A stretch of 64,000 bases of DNA from Chrysemys picta bellii (GCF_011386835.1 NC_088791.1:206274001-206338000), one strand, 5' to 3'; shown: positions 34,609 through 48,998, numbered from the stretch's first letter. A program made the numbers and translations. The notes: generated by a model from the sequence alone, not told the origin.

Positions 34609-34895
34609 GGCTACGTCTTCACTACCCGCCTGAATCGGCGGGTAGAAATCGATCTTTCGGGGATCGAATTATCGCGTCTCATTGGGACGTGACAATCTAT
34701 CCCCGAATCGATGCTTATACTCCACCAGCGCAGGTAGGAGTAAGCGCCGTCGACGGGGGAGCCACGGAGGTCGATTTGCCGCCGTCCTCACAGACGGGTA
34801 AGTCAGCTCGGATATGTCTAATTCAGCTACGCTAGTTGCGTAGCTGAATTTGCGTATCTTAAATCGCCCCCCCCCCCCATAGTGAAGACGTAGCC
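34609..34895. mobile_element. Young Harbinger-type MITE
   Basis: Perfect 15-bp TIR GGCTACGTCTTCACT; TAA/TAA TSD; CpG-rich. Confidence 0.93.
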
Positions 34896-37800
34896 TAAGA
34901 TAGGGTGTGAATTTAAAGCAGATTAACTATTCCTTATTAACTCTGTGTGTGGACACTCTTATCCTGGAATAAGAGTGCCTTCTTGCTGATTAGCTTAATC
35001 CACTTCAAATTGAGAGCTACAAAACAAGCCAAGTTTGAATAAAATTGGTTCAAACATTAGTAAGTTATGCACCCACAAACCTTCTGATTGAAACAAGTGG
35101 GAATGTGTTTGTGTTTTTGTTTTTTAAACCCATACAGAATTCAGAAAACACTTGGATAGATGTTGCTCAAACTTTCAAAATTAAACTGCCTTAGGCGGAG
35201 CCCAATCACTGATAATTTTACCTTGATCAAACTAGAAACTAAAAAAGGGGGGTTATAATGAAAGTTGCACTTCTATCTTTAACTTCAGCAGTTGCTAACG
35301 CAACTTCTATAATATGCGTGTTTTTTAAGAATTCTGGGCTTGTTGGACTTCATTTGGCTGCATCTGAATTGAATGGTACAGTAAACAGCATAGCAGTGCT
35401 TGCAAACCACTCTGGATTTACCCCAGTGTAATTGAGAAGAATTTGGCTCTGCATTGATGCGAGGGATGTATGTACATAAACTGATGTTAAAGGCTATTCA
35501 TTGCAATACCTTGGTGCTCTCTAGATTGTGTTCTTAGCTATTTATTGGATTTCATATTTGTGAAGGTATAAGGGACAGTATTCCTCTGGGGCCAGAGCTC
35601 TGCAGCTGGCTGGCTGGCTACTTAGCCCCACCTGCTGCACTTGGGAAAAAGACCTGCAACTTAATTGCTGATCCTCATAAAAGGATGGAGCAACTGCTGG
35701 AAGGAGCAGCTTCAAGACACAGAGGGGCAGAAGGGTTGAATTCTGTGAGAGGGCCCCAGGTAGGATTTCCCCTGGGAGGGAGCTGGGGACCAGCCTGAGT
35801 CTAGCCAGGAGAGGGTGCTATAATGTAGGACGAGTCCTTCACAATATGCTTATGCAGAGATAACGAGAGCATTAAAGACCTTCTGAGGAAGAGACCAAGC
35901 CTTTCTGGAAGGGAGGTTTTCTCTGGGGCTATTTGTCAATTATTTGCAGGCACAAAGTTCATTCAATAAAAATGTTTTACTTGCTCCCTTTTCCCACTCT
36001 TTCTAGCATCATTGTCATGAGACAACTAAATCTGTCTTTGGTTTAAGCCCCAAGACTCATCTGTTTTTTTTTCAGATCTTTATTCTCCTTTTTCTAATTT
36101 TTATTGCTCCTGGTACCAGAATGGGGAATGAGGTGCCATCCTGTCACTTTACAGGACAAGTCAGAAGCTAACCATTTCTGAACACTATCTCAGTAAAAGT
36201 TAATCATTCTTCCAAGACTTTGATTTAAAACAAATATACAGTTTTCATAGGCCATAAAACACGCCACGTATTTTATTTTACAAAGATCAGAACTGGTTTC
36301 TTGTGTCCCTTCCCAGCCATTGCTTGATCTAAGCAGAAAGGTGGGATGGGGGATTTGCAAAGATGCTGTTGCTCTTGAATCACTTTATCTACATTAGGGA
36401 CATTAAATTCCACCGTGTGTTTAAATTCTGCTTGCAGTTCAGAGTCTGCAAAATACAACATCGGGTATAGGTTAGTTGCTACTTATGGGGCCTGTTTTGC
36501 ACTTGATCTTTGTGCAAAGCTACCATTATCATCAAGGAGAGATCCACAGTAGATGTCTGCAGTTTATGGCTCTAACGTTGTACCCTAAGCCCCTGGACTA
36601 TAAATACAACTGTAGTATGGCCCACTCCATTTGGTATTTGGTGATTGTCTACCCATAGGCATCTACTTGATAAAGTAATACATTTCCCATTCCCTAGGGT
36701 AAAGCTGTAAATATACAACATGAACAACAGGAGTCAATAAGGATGGACACAAGCATCGAATTGGCCAAGTGGGCCATAACATAAGACAAGAAGTATCCCT
36801 AAAGGCAACAACCCCCTATAATCAAACTGACATCTGTCTGCCCCCCACTACTCAAATCCAGAGCAGTCTAAGTTTTCTGAATGCCAACAATCACAATTTA
36901 ATCCAATCACTTGGCAGGCCCATTCAGTTTCCTGGCCTGTAGCCCTATGCCAGCACTGAGGTCACTGTCAATGCCCCAAACCTTATGCCCTGGTACGCAG
37001 GAAACCATCTGAACAATAAGCCCCCCAGAGTTAATGGAACCACTAACTGAGGAGCCAGGGGGTAAGGAAAATGGGGCTTCTTTAGAACTACTGCCAGAGT
37101 AGGTGGGCTCATCAGTAATATCCATGTTATCTGCTGTGGCTGGGCAGAAGAGGAAGAAGCCTACTTCCACCTCACAGCACCTTTTATACCTGGCAACCCT
37201 CATTCCTTCCAACTAATCCAGGATTGATCCTTACAAAGGAGGGCTCCCATTGTCCATTCCGTGGAACCTTGCCATTCTAGGAGATGGTCTACCCTCACAG
37301 ACCTATCCTGCACCCTGGCAGTGACTGGAATGGCTAGTGCCCTTTTTAATACAATAGGAAAACACCAACACCTAATTCTGTTCATATACAGTGATGTCAA
37401 TCAGAAGTAACGCCACTGAAATCAATGAACTTTAATATAAAATTGGTATGAGAGGAGACTCGAGCCCTTAATGTTTTCTTTTACTTTTCTTTACTAGTTT
37501 TTTGTTCTTACAGTAGGGCTCAGAGGTACCAACCAGAATTGGAACACCCTTGTTCCATGTGCTGTGAAAAATATATATATGAACACTTGTTCCTGCACAG
37601 AAGAATTTATAATCTTATTTATTGAATGATTGATTTATCTTCCATTGTAGACAGACTTGGCAGATGAAAGAGTTGTAGATCAGAAGTTGGAACCAATACT
37701 TTATACATAATCTAAATTTGTGGATCATAATTCTGCTCCCCTTTTTTTGGTTCTTTCTTCAGTTGCCTTTGAACTCAGTCATGTTTTTCCTTTCTTTTAC

Positions 37801-39295
37801 TGGTAACTTTTCTCATAGAAACACTTTCTGGCAGAATTCTGCCTTCAGAGTGTAGAAATGTTCTAACTTTCATATGATGCTTCAAATAGGTGTTTGCTAA
37901 CTTTAGGATATGCCGGTTTAGATCAGAACTTTGCATCAGTTCACAAAGAAGATGTGAAGGATAGCGGGCAATTATCCCCAGCTTGATGTAAGAGGCTGTA
38001 ATGAAAATGCTCAGAAGCTGCCTAGAATTTCATTATTAAGTGTGTGGAAAAAGGAGATCATTAGATATATCTGAGCTATTGCTTACTTGCTAACCAGTTG
38101 GCTACATACTTTAAAGGAAGACTGTGAGATTGCTGTGGAATTCGCCAAAGCTTGCTGGGATGTATGGACTAGTGAGGATTGTCTCTTTTGACATTGCTTA
38201 TTTAAGATGGTTATATAATAATTATTCAAATATATAATGATAAAAATTGCCTGTGCTCTTGAATAGCCTGCTCTGTCAGAAGTTCCTTGATACTAAGAGA
38301 TACAATATAGATGTCGGGAATAGCATGCTTGTGATGTTACAGTTTTACATCCACTCTTGACCATTTTTAACATAAAGAAAATAACCTTACAGGTACAGTT
38401 TACATAAGTAGCTCTATGCTATCCTTGCTACATTTTTGTGGTAGATATATTAAATAATACCCAGCTACATGCTTAAAATAGGCAACCATTTATATAAGTG
38501 GTTACAGTTGTTTATCCACAAACTGTCTTAAAGTGAAATCTGGGAATTGCGCACACATACACAGTATTAACGTTTATGCAACATTTGGAAAATTCCTTCT
38601 CAAGTATTTACTTCTATCCCCATGCCACTGGCACTCACTGAGCTTCCATGGTAATCTGAAATCATTTTGCCTTAATGGTGTCATTGCTTTGTATCCACTC
38701 AATGGATAGATATTAATTCTTAAAGAGAAACTTTAAAACTATTTAAATACCAAATAGAAATGTATTCTCTGCTGGTGCCTAGTGCTTTAGTTGGAGCTTT
38801 TCCAAACCCAGTGGAGCAGATCGAAGAAAGGAACAAAAATATTGCCACAAACATGTCCCAGGTTGTAATTTTGAAAATAGGGCCCACGACATAGTTAGGG
38901 TGCAAAACCCTATTTGTCACTGAGCTCCACCACCTCCTCAGCTGAGTGGGACAGTAGAGGCAGTTCCAATGAGTCAAAACTGGGATCCTGTTGCAGCAAA
39001 GAGGAGCAGAAGGGAGCCTTCCATATAGTATCAGGACAACTGTTTCCCAGGACAACTTTTCAAATACTTTTGAGACTAGCTCAACCAAAATAGAACTATT
39101 GTCAGTAAGCCCGTGGCTTCTTCTTTTGGCCCACTTTCCAGAAGGATTCACAAGACAGGGACTAGGAGGCAGGTCTGTCTATTCCTGCTGGAGTAGAGGA
39201 CACATTCTGAGGATACAGTTCCTCAAAGACAAAGTGGGAAGGCCATTTAAAAAGAGCTGCTGGCCATGTTCTGCTTTAGCTCCCAGGTAGGGAGT

Positions 39296-40265
39296 TAGGG
39301 TTGCCAGGCATTCAGTTTTCAACCAGAATGCCCGGTCGAAAAGGGACCCTGGTGGCTCCAGTCAGCACCGCTGACCGGGCTGTTAAAAGTCTGGACAGTG
39401 GCACAGTGGGGTTAAGCCAGGTTCCCTGCCTACCATGGCTCTGTGCGGCTCCTGGAAGCAGCGGCATGTCCCCCCACTGTCTCCTAGGCGTGGGGCAGCC
39501 CAGGGGCTCTATGCGCTGCTCCCGCCGCAAGTGCTGGCTCCACAGCTCCCATTAGCTGGAGCCACGGCCAATGGGAGCTGCAGGGGAGGCATCTGTGGAC
39601 GGGGCAGCATGCAGAGCCCTCTGGCTGCGTCTTCACCTAGAAGCCAGAGGGGGGACATGCTGCTGCTTCCAGGAGCCGCCTGAGGTAAGCGCCATCCAGA
39701 GCCTGCACCCCTCACCCTCTTCCACTCCGCGACCCCCTGTCCCATCCCTGATCCCTCTCTGAACCCCTTGGCCCCAGCCTGGAGACCTCTCCTGCACCCC
39801 AAATCCCTCATTCCTGGTCCCACACCCGAGCCCGCACCCCCAGCCGGAGCCTTCACACCCTCACATCCCAACCCCCTGCCTCAGCTTGGAGACTCCTCCC
39901 ACGCTCCAAACCCCTAATTTCTGGTGCCCACACCCCCAGCTGGAGCCCTCACCCTCTCCCTCATCCCAACCCCTGCCCTTTCCCAGAACCCTGTCCCACA
40001 CTCTGAACCCCTTGGCCCCAGCCCAGAGCCCCCTCACACACCACAACCCCCTGCCCTAGCCCAGTGAAAATGAATGGATTAGGGATTTTGTGGGGCCCTG
40101 TGCGCCCCCCATTCCCCCGGAGTTCCTGCCAAGGAGCAAGGTCAGAGTGCAGGAGCTTCTCCCGTGGTAGGAGTGTCGGGTTGACAGAGTGGGATGTAGG
40201 GGCACTCATTTTTCCAGGGCCCCTCAGTTGGCTGTGGCCCTAGGCACAGGCTAATCCACCACTGC
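39296..40265. mobile_element. Composite GC-rich hAT-type MITE remnants
   Basis: Starts TAGGGTTGCCA; body like 10544-11356; C-rich repeats; ends GCTAATCCACCACTG. Inner boundaries unresolved. Confidence 0.6.
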
Positions 40266-40559
40266 CAGAAACTTCCAATGCACAATTCAATTTTGAGCAT
40301 AAATCACTTTAGCCACACTTTAGTTGGATATCAGCAATAATCACCACCGCCTGTGGAAAACAGGGCCAGTATTCAGTTCCATTGCCCTATACTAGTTATC
40401 CCCCCCTCATTTCCCCATTACCTCCCCCCCCCCGAGGGCGATACTCACCATGCCTGGCACTGTGCTCTATCAGTCCCAAGCAGAAGTGAGACTGTAGTGC
40501 ATACAATTTTTGGGGAATGAAGAAGTGAATTAATTATCTTACATTTCAATTTCCGTTGT

Positions 40560-40845
40560 GAATACTCTGACAATGGAACTCCTGCGTGTTGTATCTGCAG
40601 CTGCTGCCATTGCGGTCTTCAGGGTCTCCCCCTCCAAACCCATGGAACACCTGAGACAGATAAAGAGGAGAAGGAGAACTCAGGATGACATGTTCCAGGA
40701 GATCCAGCAAGCCAGTGCTGCATCAGAGACTGGGCACAGGGCCTGGAGGATCACCCTTGCAGACAGCATGGATAAGGTTAGAATGGAGAGGAGAAAGGGG
40801 CAGGAAAAGGAGAGAGATGTGCAGCAGGAAATGTTCCCCCTTTGC
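40560..40845 (+). pseudogene. C-terminal part of the Harbinger partner (Myb/SANT-type) gene
   Basis: EHLRQIKRRRRTQDDMFQEIQQAS..AWRITL resembles the partner ORF of turtle Harbingers; Myb domain itself not seen. Confidence 0.55.
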
Positions 40846-41892
40846 CTCACAAATATTATGCAGGACACAGCAGGCAGCTATAAGCACTGGGATATTTTTT
40901 TCAGTGAGGTCTAATCTCATAAATATACAATGCCAGCGACCCTTCAAATGACCAAATGCACATTCAGCTGTCATTCTGCACGTGCTGATCCTGTAGTTGA
41001 AGCACTATCAAGGTTGCCGGTGTATGGCAATATGAGCCATGGGAATAAGGGGTAGGCTGGGTTTCCCAAAATCACTACTGGCATTTAACGTTCCCAATAG
41101 TAATCCACTGGATGGGAAAGAAAGTCCTTATTAGCAGCTTTCTGAACAGTCCTGTGTTCTTAAAGATGCACGCTTCGTGCACCTTCCCTGACCAGTCCAC
41201 ATTGCTATTGGTAAAGCATCCCCAGTGATCCATTGGTGCTTGCATTACCATAGAAAAGTAGCCCTTTCAGTTGATGTACTCTGTGGCAAGGTGGTCTGGT
41301 GCTAAAATAGGGATATGCATGTCATCCTTTGCCCCACCATAGTTTGGGAACCCCCATTGCTGCATAACCATCAACTATGTCCTGCACATTGCCCAAAGTC
41401 ACAGTCCTGTGTAGCAGGAGGCGATTAACAGCCCTGTACATTTGCATCCCAACGGCCTGTGTGGTGGATTTCCTGACTCCAAATAGATTCCTGACTGACC
41501 AGTAGCAATCTGGTGTTGGGCGTTTCCACAGCGCAATTGCCATTTGCTTCTCAACTGTCAGGGCAGCTCTCATTTTGGTGTCTCTGTGCTGGAGGGTTGG
41601 GGTGAGTTCGGCACACAGAGCCAGAAATGTGGCCTGGTGCATCTGAAAGTTCTTCAGCCACACCAGTGAGTGCTTGTTTGTCAGGCCCAGAATTAGCACT
41701 CCACCATCTGCCGCTGCTTGTGAATGCCACCAACAATCTTGAATTGTTTCTTTCTATGTCCCACTGCAATCTAGCCTCCAAGGAATCATCATGTTATCTG
41801 CAACTCCTTTTGCAACTCTGCAAATACTGCAGGATCAGGCGCTCTGTGTTTGCGACACTCATGACAATAGTGCAGAGTTGTGCAAGCTCCAT
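40845..41892 (-). pseudogene. Harbinger (HARBI1-like) DDE transposase, 3' truncated
   Basis: MELAQLCTIVMSVAN..; WLKNFQM..ATF..LC; ALTVEKQMAIALW; EYIN*KGYFSM; GNPAYPL; AECAFGHLKGRW; ACCVLHNICE. Confidence 0.92.
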
Positions 41893-42319
41893 GGGTCTGT
41901 CAGTGATGGTAGGCCACGAGGAGGGATGTGCAGGTTTGTGGGGATTTTGAAAAGAGGACATGAAATGTTATGAGATGCAGATGAAATTATGGGGTGAAGA
42001 ACACTGCACTATGAGATGTTGACTCCATGCTCCCAGTTAACACTTGTTTTGGCTCCGTCAGGCATTGCAAAAACTTTCCAAAACCCCCTGTGCTGCATGG
42101 TGGCGAGTTACACAGCAGGATATCTACTCATGGTGCACTGCACTATGGATCAATGTGAGCACTCCTCATGAGGACACATACCGTTGACACGAGGAGTGAA
42201 GTGTGCACACACACACACAAGCGATGTAGTTATTGGTGTGGCTATATGATGATGTAACTTAGGTCAACATAATTTTTTAGTGTAGACTTGGCCTCAGTTC
42301 TAACCTCATTTGAGTTTGA

Positions 42320-42604
42320 GGCCTGGGCTACACTGAAAAGTTAGGGCCGACATAACTATGTTGGTCAGAGGTCGGGGGAGGGCGGGGGAAGAAAACACCA
42401 TGAGTGTGGTAGCTATGCTGAGCTAATTGCCAGTGTAGATATAGCGATGTTGATAGAAGAATGCTTCCATAGATACAGCTACAGTCATTTGGAGAGCTAC
42501 AGGTTCCTTCCATTGGTGTAAGCTGTCTCTACAATATGGGATATGTCAGCATAATTAGGTTGAGTTAGCTATGCCAGTATAGTCTCCATAGTGTAGGCAT
42601 ACCC
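42320..42604. mobile_element. Harbinger-type MITE
   Basis: TIRs GGCCTGGGCTACACT / AGTGTAGGCATACCC; TGA/TGA TSD. Confidence 0.75.
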
Positions 42605-44421
42605 TGAGTGAATCCTAGAATTAAAAACTGAGCTTGAATAGCTAGGGTATTCAAATATCAGGAAAAACTAATCCTATAAAGTCATCAGTTTAATCTTAAT
42701 ATGGTCCTTTACCCAAATAAACACTGATATCAGAGGGCTCAGTTTCCTTTTCTAAAAAGAAACAGTACTTTGCAGATTACAAAAAAAGCTCTGGAATAAT
42801 TAAGCAAGGTAAAATAAAAAATGTAGTGGTGATTATCTTGCCAATTAGCAAGATTGAGAGTGGATTCCAACCATCAAGGTAGGGTTCTGCTGTCCTCATT
42901 ATAGGAAATGTTTTTGTCATGTGTGTGCGTGTGCACTTTTGTGTATGTCGGAATAGGTATCTGAAAGTACCATTTTCCTGAATTTAAGCACGTTCATTTG
43001 TACGATAGGAAGTCGCACCAGGGAGTGCCAAAATAATAGGCAATGTGAGGAGAAAAAGCGAGGGCATCTTTGGATGGGCATCTTTGGATGGACCTCCGAT
43101 ACAGTGAAAAAGTTAAGTTTGGGTGTAGTGCAGATTCTAGGAGAAGGGAGAGAAGGAGCCAGGCATAGAATAAACTGATTTGATCCAATTAATATATGTA
43201 TCAAAATCTGTATTAGTTTTGACACAGACAGAGACATGGCGCTCCAGTGTCTTACCAGCTTTCTTATGGTAAATTGCTGAACACTATTCCTGGTATGTTG
43301 AATCTAAAAGAGAGAAAATTCGGTGAATATTAATTTGCATTTGTGAACAACTTTGCTTTAGCCATGTTTGCACCCCTTTTGTGTCTGCATTCCATCCATG
43401 CCATTGAGGTTTAATATCATAAATTCTCACAGAAAGCAAATTTTAAGGTCTCATGCTTGAATGCTTCCAGGAATTTTAAATTTTAAATTGGTTTTCCACA
43501 AACATTCACACTGTAAACTTGATTAAAAGAGTTAAGTTCATCCACTCAGGGACGAAAAGTAATGTGTGAATTCTGTAACCAGTCTCAATGGTGAAACATG
43601 ACCTGAATTTTGAATAGCTTTCACAAAGTGAAATTTGGGGGTGGGGAGGGAGAGTAGATTTTGAATAACAAGGTAAAGAAGTTTGTGATCCACTCATGAA
43701 CATTCCATGAAGGGAGAAACAGGTGACTGCAGCAAACAATTAATTTGATGTCTAATTATTTACAATATTCTATCAGCAACGCCATTTGGTGCCAAGATGT
43801 CCCAATGATAGATTGATAGTGGAGATTTCCAAGTTCCTTCATAAGTTGTGAAGCAAATGGAAATTACTTATTTGAATCTTTGACCAATATATCAACATAC
43901 AAGCAACTCCTCAGCAATTTGTTCTGTCTTCATTGTAACATTAATGCCATTGGATTCTTTATATTAATAAGAATATACAGTAATGTAAAATTCCATTGGA
44001 ATTGCATTATAAATTAGAAAAGAATAATTGACTCCAATAGAAGGTTTTTGTTTCTTTTTGAAATCAATTTCTTGGAAGCTAAATTTAACATTAAATATGG
44101 GAGCTGCTCTATTGCAGTTCCAAGGGATTTTGTTTTCTAAACTTATAGGAACCTATCCCCTTTTGGAACTATATGTGAAACTCCTGTTAAGGTTAATGGG
44201 AATTACATATGAGAATGGGGAGCATAGATCAGCATCACATCACATTCCCCGTCAGTACTTGGCTCGAGTCGGGAAAGCTAATGATCCAACCAGCGGACCA
44301 AATTCAGTGATGAATCCTGATTACATGCTACCTGAGGCATGTGGCGCATATGGTAAGAAGGCGACCTGAGAATTAAGGGGATAATAGATCCCAATGGCAT
44401 TAGTAAAGATGCTTACACTTG

Positions 44422-44644
44422 GGGCAGGTCTATACTTAAAACGCCGCAGCGATGCAACTGCGCCACCGTAGTGCTTCAGCAAAGACACTACTATGCCAAC
44501 ATGAGAGCTTCACTCTTCAGTGTAGTTAATCCACCCCTACCCTGGGGGTTAAGTCGGTGTAACTGCGTCACCCACAGTTGTGGATTTTTCACACCCCTGA
44601 GTGAAGCAGCTATACCAATGTAAGTTTATAGTGTACATTTGGCC
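44422..44644. mobile_element. Harbinger-type MITE (family of 1273-1529)
   Basis: GGGCAGGTCTATACT ... AGTGTACATTTGGCC; body similar to 1273-1529. Confidence 0.7.
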
Positions 44645-45378
44645 TTAGAATCACTTAACATGAACTTTCCCAGGAAACAATCTAACCTTAACTAATAGGC
44701 ATGGTTCTATCCTGGGTGGGAAAGTCAGTCTATCCCTAGATTGCCTGAGGCTGCAGAAACCACTGTCATCCTTTTGCAGTCTCTGGTTGAGTGAATATCT
44801 GTAAATACTATTAAGAGAAATATACCACATCAAAAAAAAATCCCTGTTTATTTTAAAATGTATAGTCCCAGGTGGCTGTGATGAACTTGGATACAGGTCA
44901 ATCAAATAGAAATTAATTCAACATCCAGCAACCATTGCTGGCAACCTTTAACATAAACAATGAGTCATTATATTCTTCCTTTGGTATTTCATGTTATAAA
45001 AATAATGAGGCTGAATTCTTCATGAGCTCATATGGATGAAATCCCTCATTCCACAGGAAATCCATTGTTTTTTAGCATGAAGTCATGTCCACTTACTATA
45101 TGTCACTGGTAGTAGTAATTACATTGAAAGAAAAAAACAAGACATTGAACACTTGTCATGTTGAATAATCACATGAAAGAGTGAAATAAAGTTAAGACAG
45201 CGATATCTCAATACACTAAAGTTAGCATCTGGACCAAGAAGCTGTAAAATAATATTCATTGTTGAATTAGCTTTGTTTTTTCCTGGAACCATTGTTTGTG
45301 AAATGCAGATCTTATCTACTAAGTGCTAAACTAGCTTGCCTGTTGTATGTAACTGTGAGATGACTTCTTCTCACAGAC

Positions 45379-45488
45379 AGCCCACGAAAGCTTATGCTCT
45401 AATAAATTTGTTAGTCTCTAAGGTGCCACAAATACTCCTGTTCTTTTTGCGGATACAGACTAACACGGCTGCTACTCTGAAACCTGTC
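45379..45488 (+). mobile_element. Penelope-like fragment truncated inside the hammerhead
   Basis: CCCACGAAAGCTTATGCTCTAATAAATTTGTTAGTCTCTAAGGTGCCACA nearly identical to 6333-6380. Confidence 0.8.
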
Positions 45489-45971
45489 TGTGAGATATTA
45501 GTGATGTTATCTGAGGAAAACATGAGCAGATGGGAAACCATTTTAGTACCTTATCCACTGAGCACAAAGTTGGTACTGCAGTATGGCCTTTCTGTTAATG
45601 TAAATGATTACATACATAGCACCCACATTGTGTAGGAAGTCGTGTGATTTATTTTTTTAATGGCAATGTGAATCTCCTTGGTCTGTCTGTTTCAATATTA
45701 TCATTCAATTCTGGCACTACTTAGTTTCTTTTTGAAGTGAAGCAGGCAAGTCAGAGTGGTTCTTGATAATCAAATTCAACGCTTCCCCATACTGCATGCT
45801 AATATAAATTGTTGGACTGGATTTATGAACTTTCAGCTCATTATGTCAGAGTAATCTTATGCAGTTGTTCTTCACCCAAGTGATTCATTGCAGCATATTT
45901 TGAGAAAGGAAAAGAATTCATGTGGAATGTACCCTACATTCCACAGTAGCCTAATGACTTGTTTCCTGTTT

Positions 45972-46044
45972 AGAGAGACAAGGTGGGTGAGGTAATATCT
46001 TTTATTGGACCAACTTCTGTTGGTGAGAGAGACAAGCTTTCCAG
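45972..46044. mobile_element. Short Penelope-like fragment between 14-bp direct repeats
   Basis: AGAGAGACAAGGTGGGTGAGGTAATATCTTTTATTGGACCAACTTCTG; CTTGTTTCCTGTTT at 45958-45971 and 46045-46058. Confidence 0.65.
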
Positions 46045-46529
46045 CTTGTTTCCTGTTTCTCGTTCAACGTCATTACAGTTTTTTTAAAACAAGTTCTGAA
46101 TCAAAATTAGACCACAGTTGCAATGAACCTGAAAGGTATGCCAGAGAATTTTAGATAAGTTCTGTATTTCAAGTACCTTTTTCATGTGCAGTCTATGCTC
46201 CACAGCTGCAAGATTTTCTGACCACATGTGAGCATTAAGAAAAAAAAAATCCCAGGTATTGCAGGTGAAGTTGGCAAATGTACTAGCACTTTACATGTGG
46301 CATACTGACTTTTAGTGATTTGTATTGTGAAACTTATTTCATTAAATGTCTTTTTTTTTTGAGAACGGTAAACATGTTTATGAAATGGAACTTAATTTTT
46401 CATTTTGACTTATGCCAAATACAAAATTTAAATGGCAACATTTTGTTTTTGCAAATTTAAGAGATACTTCTGTTGTTTGGTTTGGCCTCTGTTGTGAAAC
46501 TTCTCCCAGTGTTCAGATAGTTCTCTGAA

Positions 46530-47255
46530 AACATCTGCTCAATGTGTAATGCCAGTCAAAAAGGATAAGGTTAGAAGCCATTAGAAAAGGGATAGATGAT
46601 AAGACAGAAAATGTCACCATGCCACTATATAAATCCATGGTACGCCCACACCTTGAGTACTGTGTGCAGTTCTGGTCATCCCATCTCAGAAAAGATATTA
46701 GAATTGGAAAAGGTACAGAGAAGGGCAATGAAGATTATTAAGAGTATGGAACAGCTTCCATAAGAGGAGAGATTAAAAAGACTGGGACTCTTCATCTTAG
46801 AAAAGAGAGGACTAAGAGATGATAGAGGTCTATAAAATCACAAACAGCATGGAAAAAGTGAATAAGAAAGTGTTATTGATCCCTTCATATAACACAAGAA
46901 CAGATTTAAAACAAATATAAGGAAGTACTACTTCACACAACACACAGACAACCTGTGGAACTCGTGAAGGCCAAAATTATAGCTGGGTTAAAAAAAAATT
47001 AGATGGGTTCATGGAGGATAGGTCTATCAATGGCTATTAGCCAAGATAGTCAGGGATGCAAACCCCTGTCCTGAGTGTCCCATAACCTGTGACTGCCAGA
47101 AGCTGGAGGACAGGGCATGGATCACTCCATAATTGCCCTGTTTTATTGATTTTGTCTGAAGCATCTGGCTCTGTCCACTTTCAGTGGAAGATGGGATACT
47201 GAGCTAGATGGACCATTGGTTTGACCCAGTGTGGCCATTCTTATGTTCTTAGTCA
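46530..47255 (+). mobile_element. CR1 LINE 3' fragment with 3' UTR
   Basis: [19 protein letters not shown]; ends GGCCATTCTTATGTTCT. Confidence 0.88.
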
Positions 47256-48957
47256 CAGTGAAATAACCTTTGAGGGGTATGATTCTGGTGTCTAGGGATG
47301 AATGGCCATACAGCACAGCTCTCTCACCTCTGACACAGTAGGCAAGTCTTTTTCTGAGGAGACTCAATATTTGTAATACCAGAGATCAGAATTTAGGTGA
47401 GAAACACATACAGTTCCTTCAGTCCTAATCAGACTTCATATTCTGAAGCACTGTGAAGTTCACTCATGTTTTTAAAGCATTGAAACCCAAGATTTCTTGT
47501 ATGACATGAGTGCAAACACAAAGTCAAAACAGAATGATCAGATCACTGTATATTGCAAAACATTTAACTATTTGGTACCCTAATCTTTATGAAAAACAGC
47601 TCTGAGCCCTAAACATCACTAGTCAAACTATTATCTTAAATGACAAGGACTCTGGTGTTTGTGTTATTGTGTGATGACCTCTTTAAAGTACCCTGGTCTT
47701 TCAAAATCCTTGAAGTATCACTTTGCTTGGAAGCAAAAACACTAACACTGGATTGCTACTATTTATTATATTAATGTAGAAGTAGCTAGTATGATAAAAG
47801 GAAAACTGCAAATTCAAACCTTGACAACAAAAGAGCTATAAAAGTATATGGCTGTTCCACGTTCCTTGAATTTCAATACTGGCACTGATAAAGTAACATC
47901 AAAGTGCTTTCACAGCCAGGTCTGCTGCATTGAAATTGAAATTATCTGACCTGTGCCTTTTCTCAGTGTTCCATCGCTGTTGTTAATGCCCACTACTTGC
48001 TGGGGAAGAGGCATATTCAGTTCTGAAACTCATCTGGGGAGGAAAGTGCTTCCTCCTCCCTCCCCCTAGCACTTCACTTCTCCCTCCCTGGGCCTCCCAA
48101 CAGATGCTCTTTGCAATGTCTGTCAAATATTCATCACTGTTCAAGCACTGAGGTTCCACAGTGGTTTTTTTTTTTTTTTGCTCTTTCATAATGGGAAGTA
48201 AATGAAAATGTACAAATATTTACATGGCAAAGTCTCATATTACCTTTGTTCTCAGAGCATGTATACTGTTTTTATCTACACACCTTTTAGGAATGTTTAA
48301 GAAGTTTTGCATTTTAGCTGTAAAATGCATTCCATGATGTACACATAAGTACGCATGTACAGACACAAAACTTCATGGTGTGATGTATAGGTTAGGGAGT
48401 TTTACTCTGGAAAAACCTTGAAAAAGCTCAAGGGAAACCCACTCGGTTGCAAAGCAGAAAGCAATAATGGTAACTAGTACATTTAGGCAGAAATTGGCAG
48501 GAGTCTTGTCATGAAAGGCCTTGCACATAGACCCCCAGGAGGATTAGCTCAGGATTCTATTTTTAGTGCACTCATACCACAGAATCAAGGTGAATTAATA
48601 GAAAATGCTGTCCATGAGTATTACAGGGTAGCACAAGGCCACATCGCTTTGCTTTTTCTCTCCCCATTTTCAGGGCTGTGTATCCCTGAAGTACATCATA
48701 GGGGTTGTGGTGCTTTCAGAGCATGCATCAAAAACCTCATAAATAAGAAAAGAAATAACCTTCCATCTAACATGGATTGCACAAAGCATTAAAAAAGAAA
48801 CTGTTTTGAATGAGCTAAGCATAAAGTGTTCGTGCAAGATTTTCGAAATTATATGGTGTGTTCTTAGAAGTTAAGCTAAACTTCACAAAAATAGCCCCTA
48901 ACATTCCCTTATATATTCATTGGGTATATATTCATATATTCATATTCATACAGAAGA

Positions 48958-48960
<3 letters not shown>

Positions 48961-48998
<38 letters not shown>
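48961..48998. repeat. (GA)19 microsatellite
   Basis: Direct reading. Confidence 0.97.

Larger units (their letters stand above)
40266..42293. mobile_element. Truncated Harbinger DNA transposon
   Basis: Right TIR AGTGTAGACTTGGCC then TCA; carries transposase and partner-gene remnants; left TIR absent. Confidence 0.88.

Noticed and set aside
36660-37400. Possible LTR or retroelement remnant
   Set aside because: No termini, TSD or protein motifs found.
38720-39290. Overlapping 143-aa and 99-aa ORFs
   Set aside because: No identifiable homology on either strand.
43066-43095. 14-bp tandem GGGCATCTTTGGAT x2
   Set aside because: Simple slippage duplication with no further structure.
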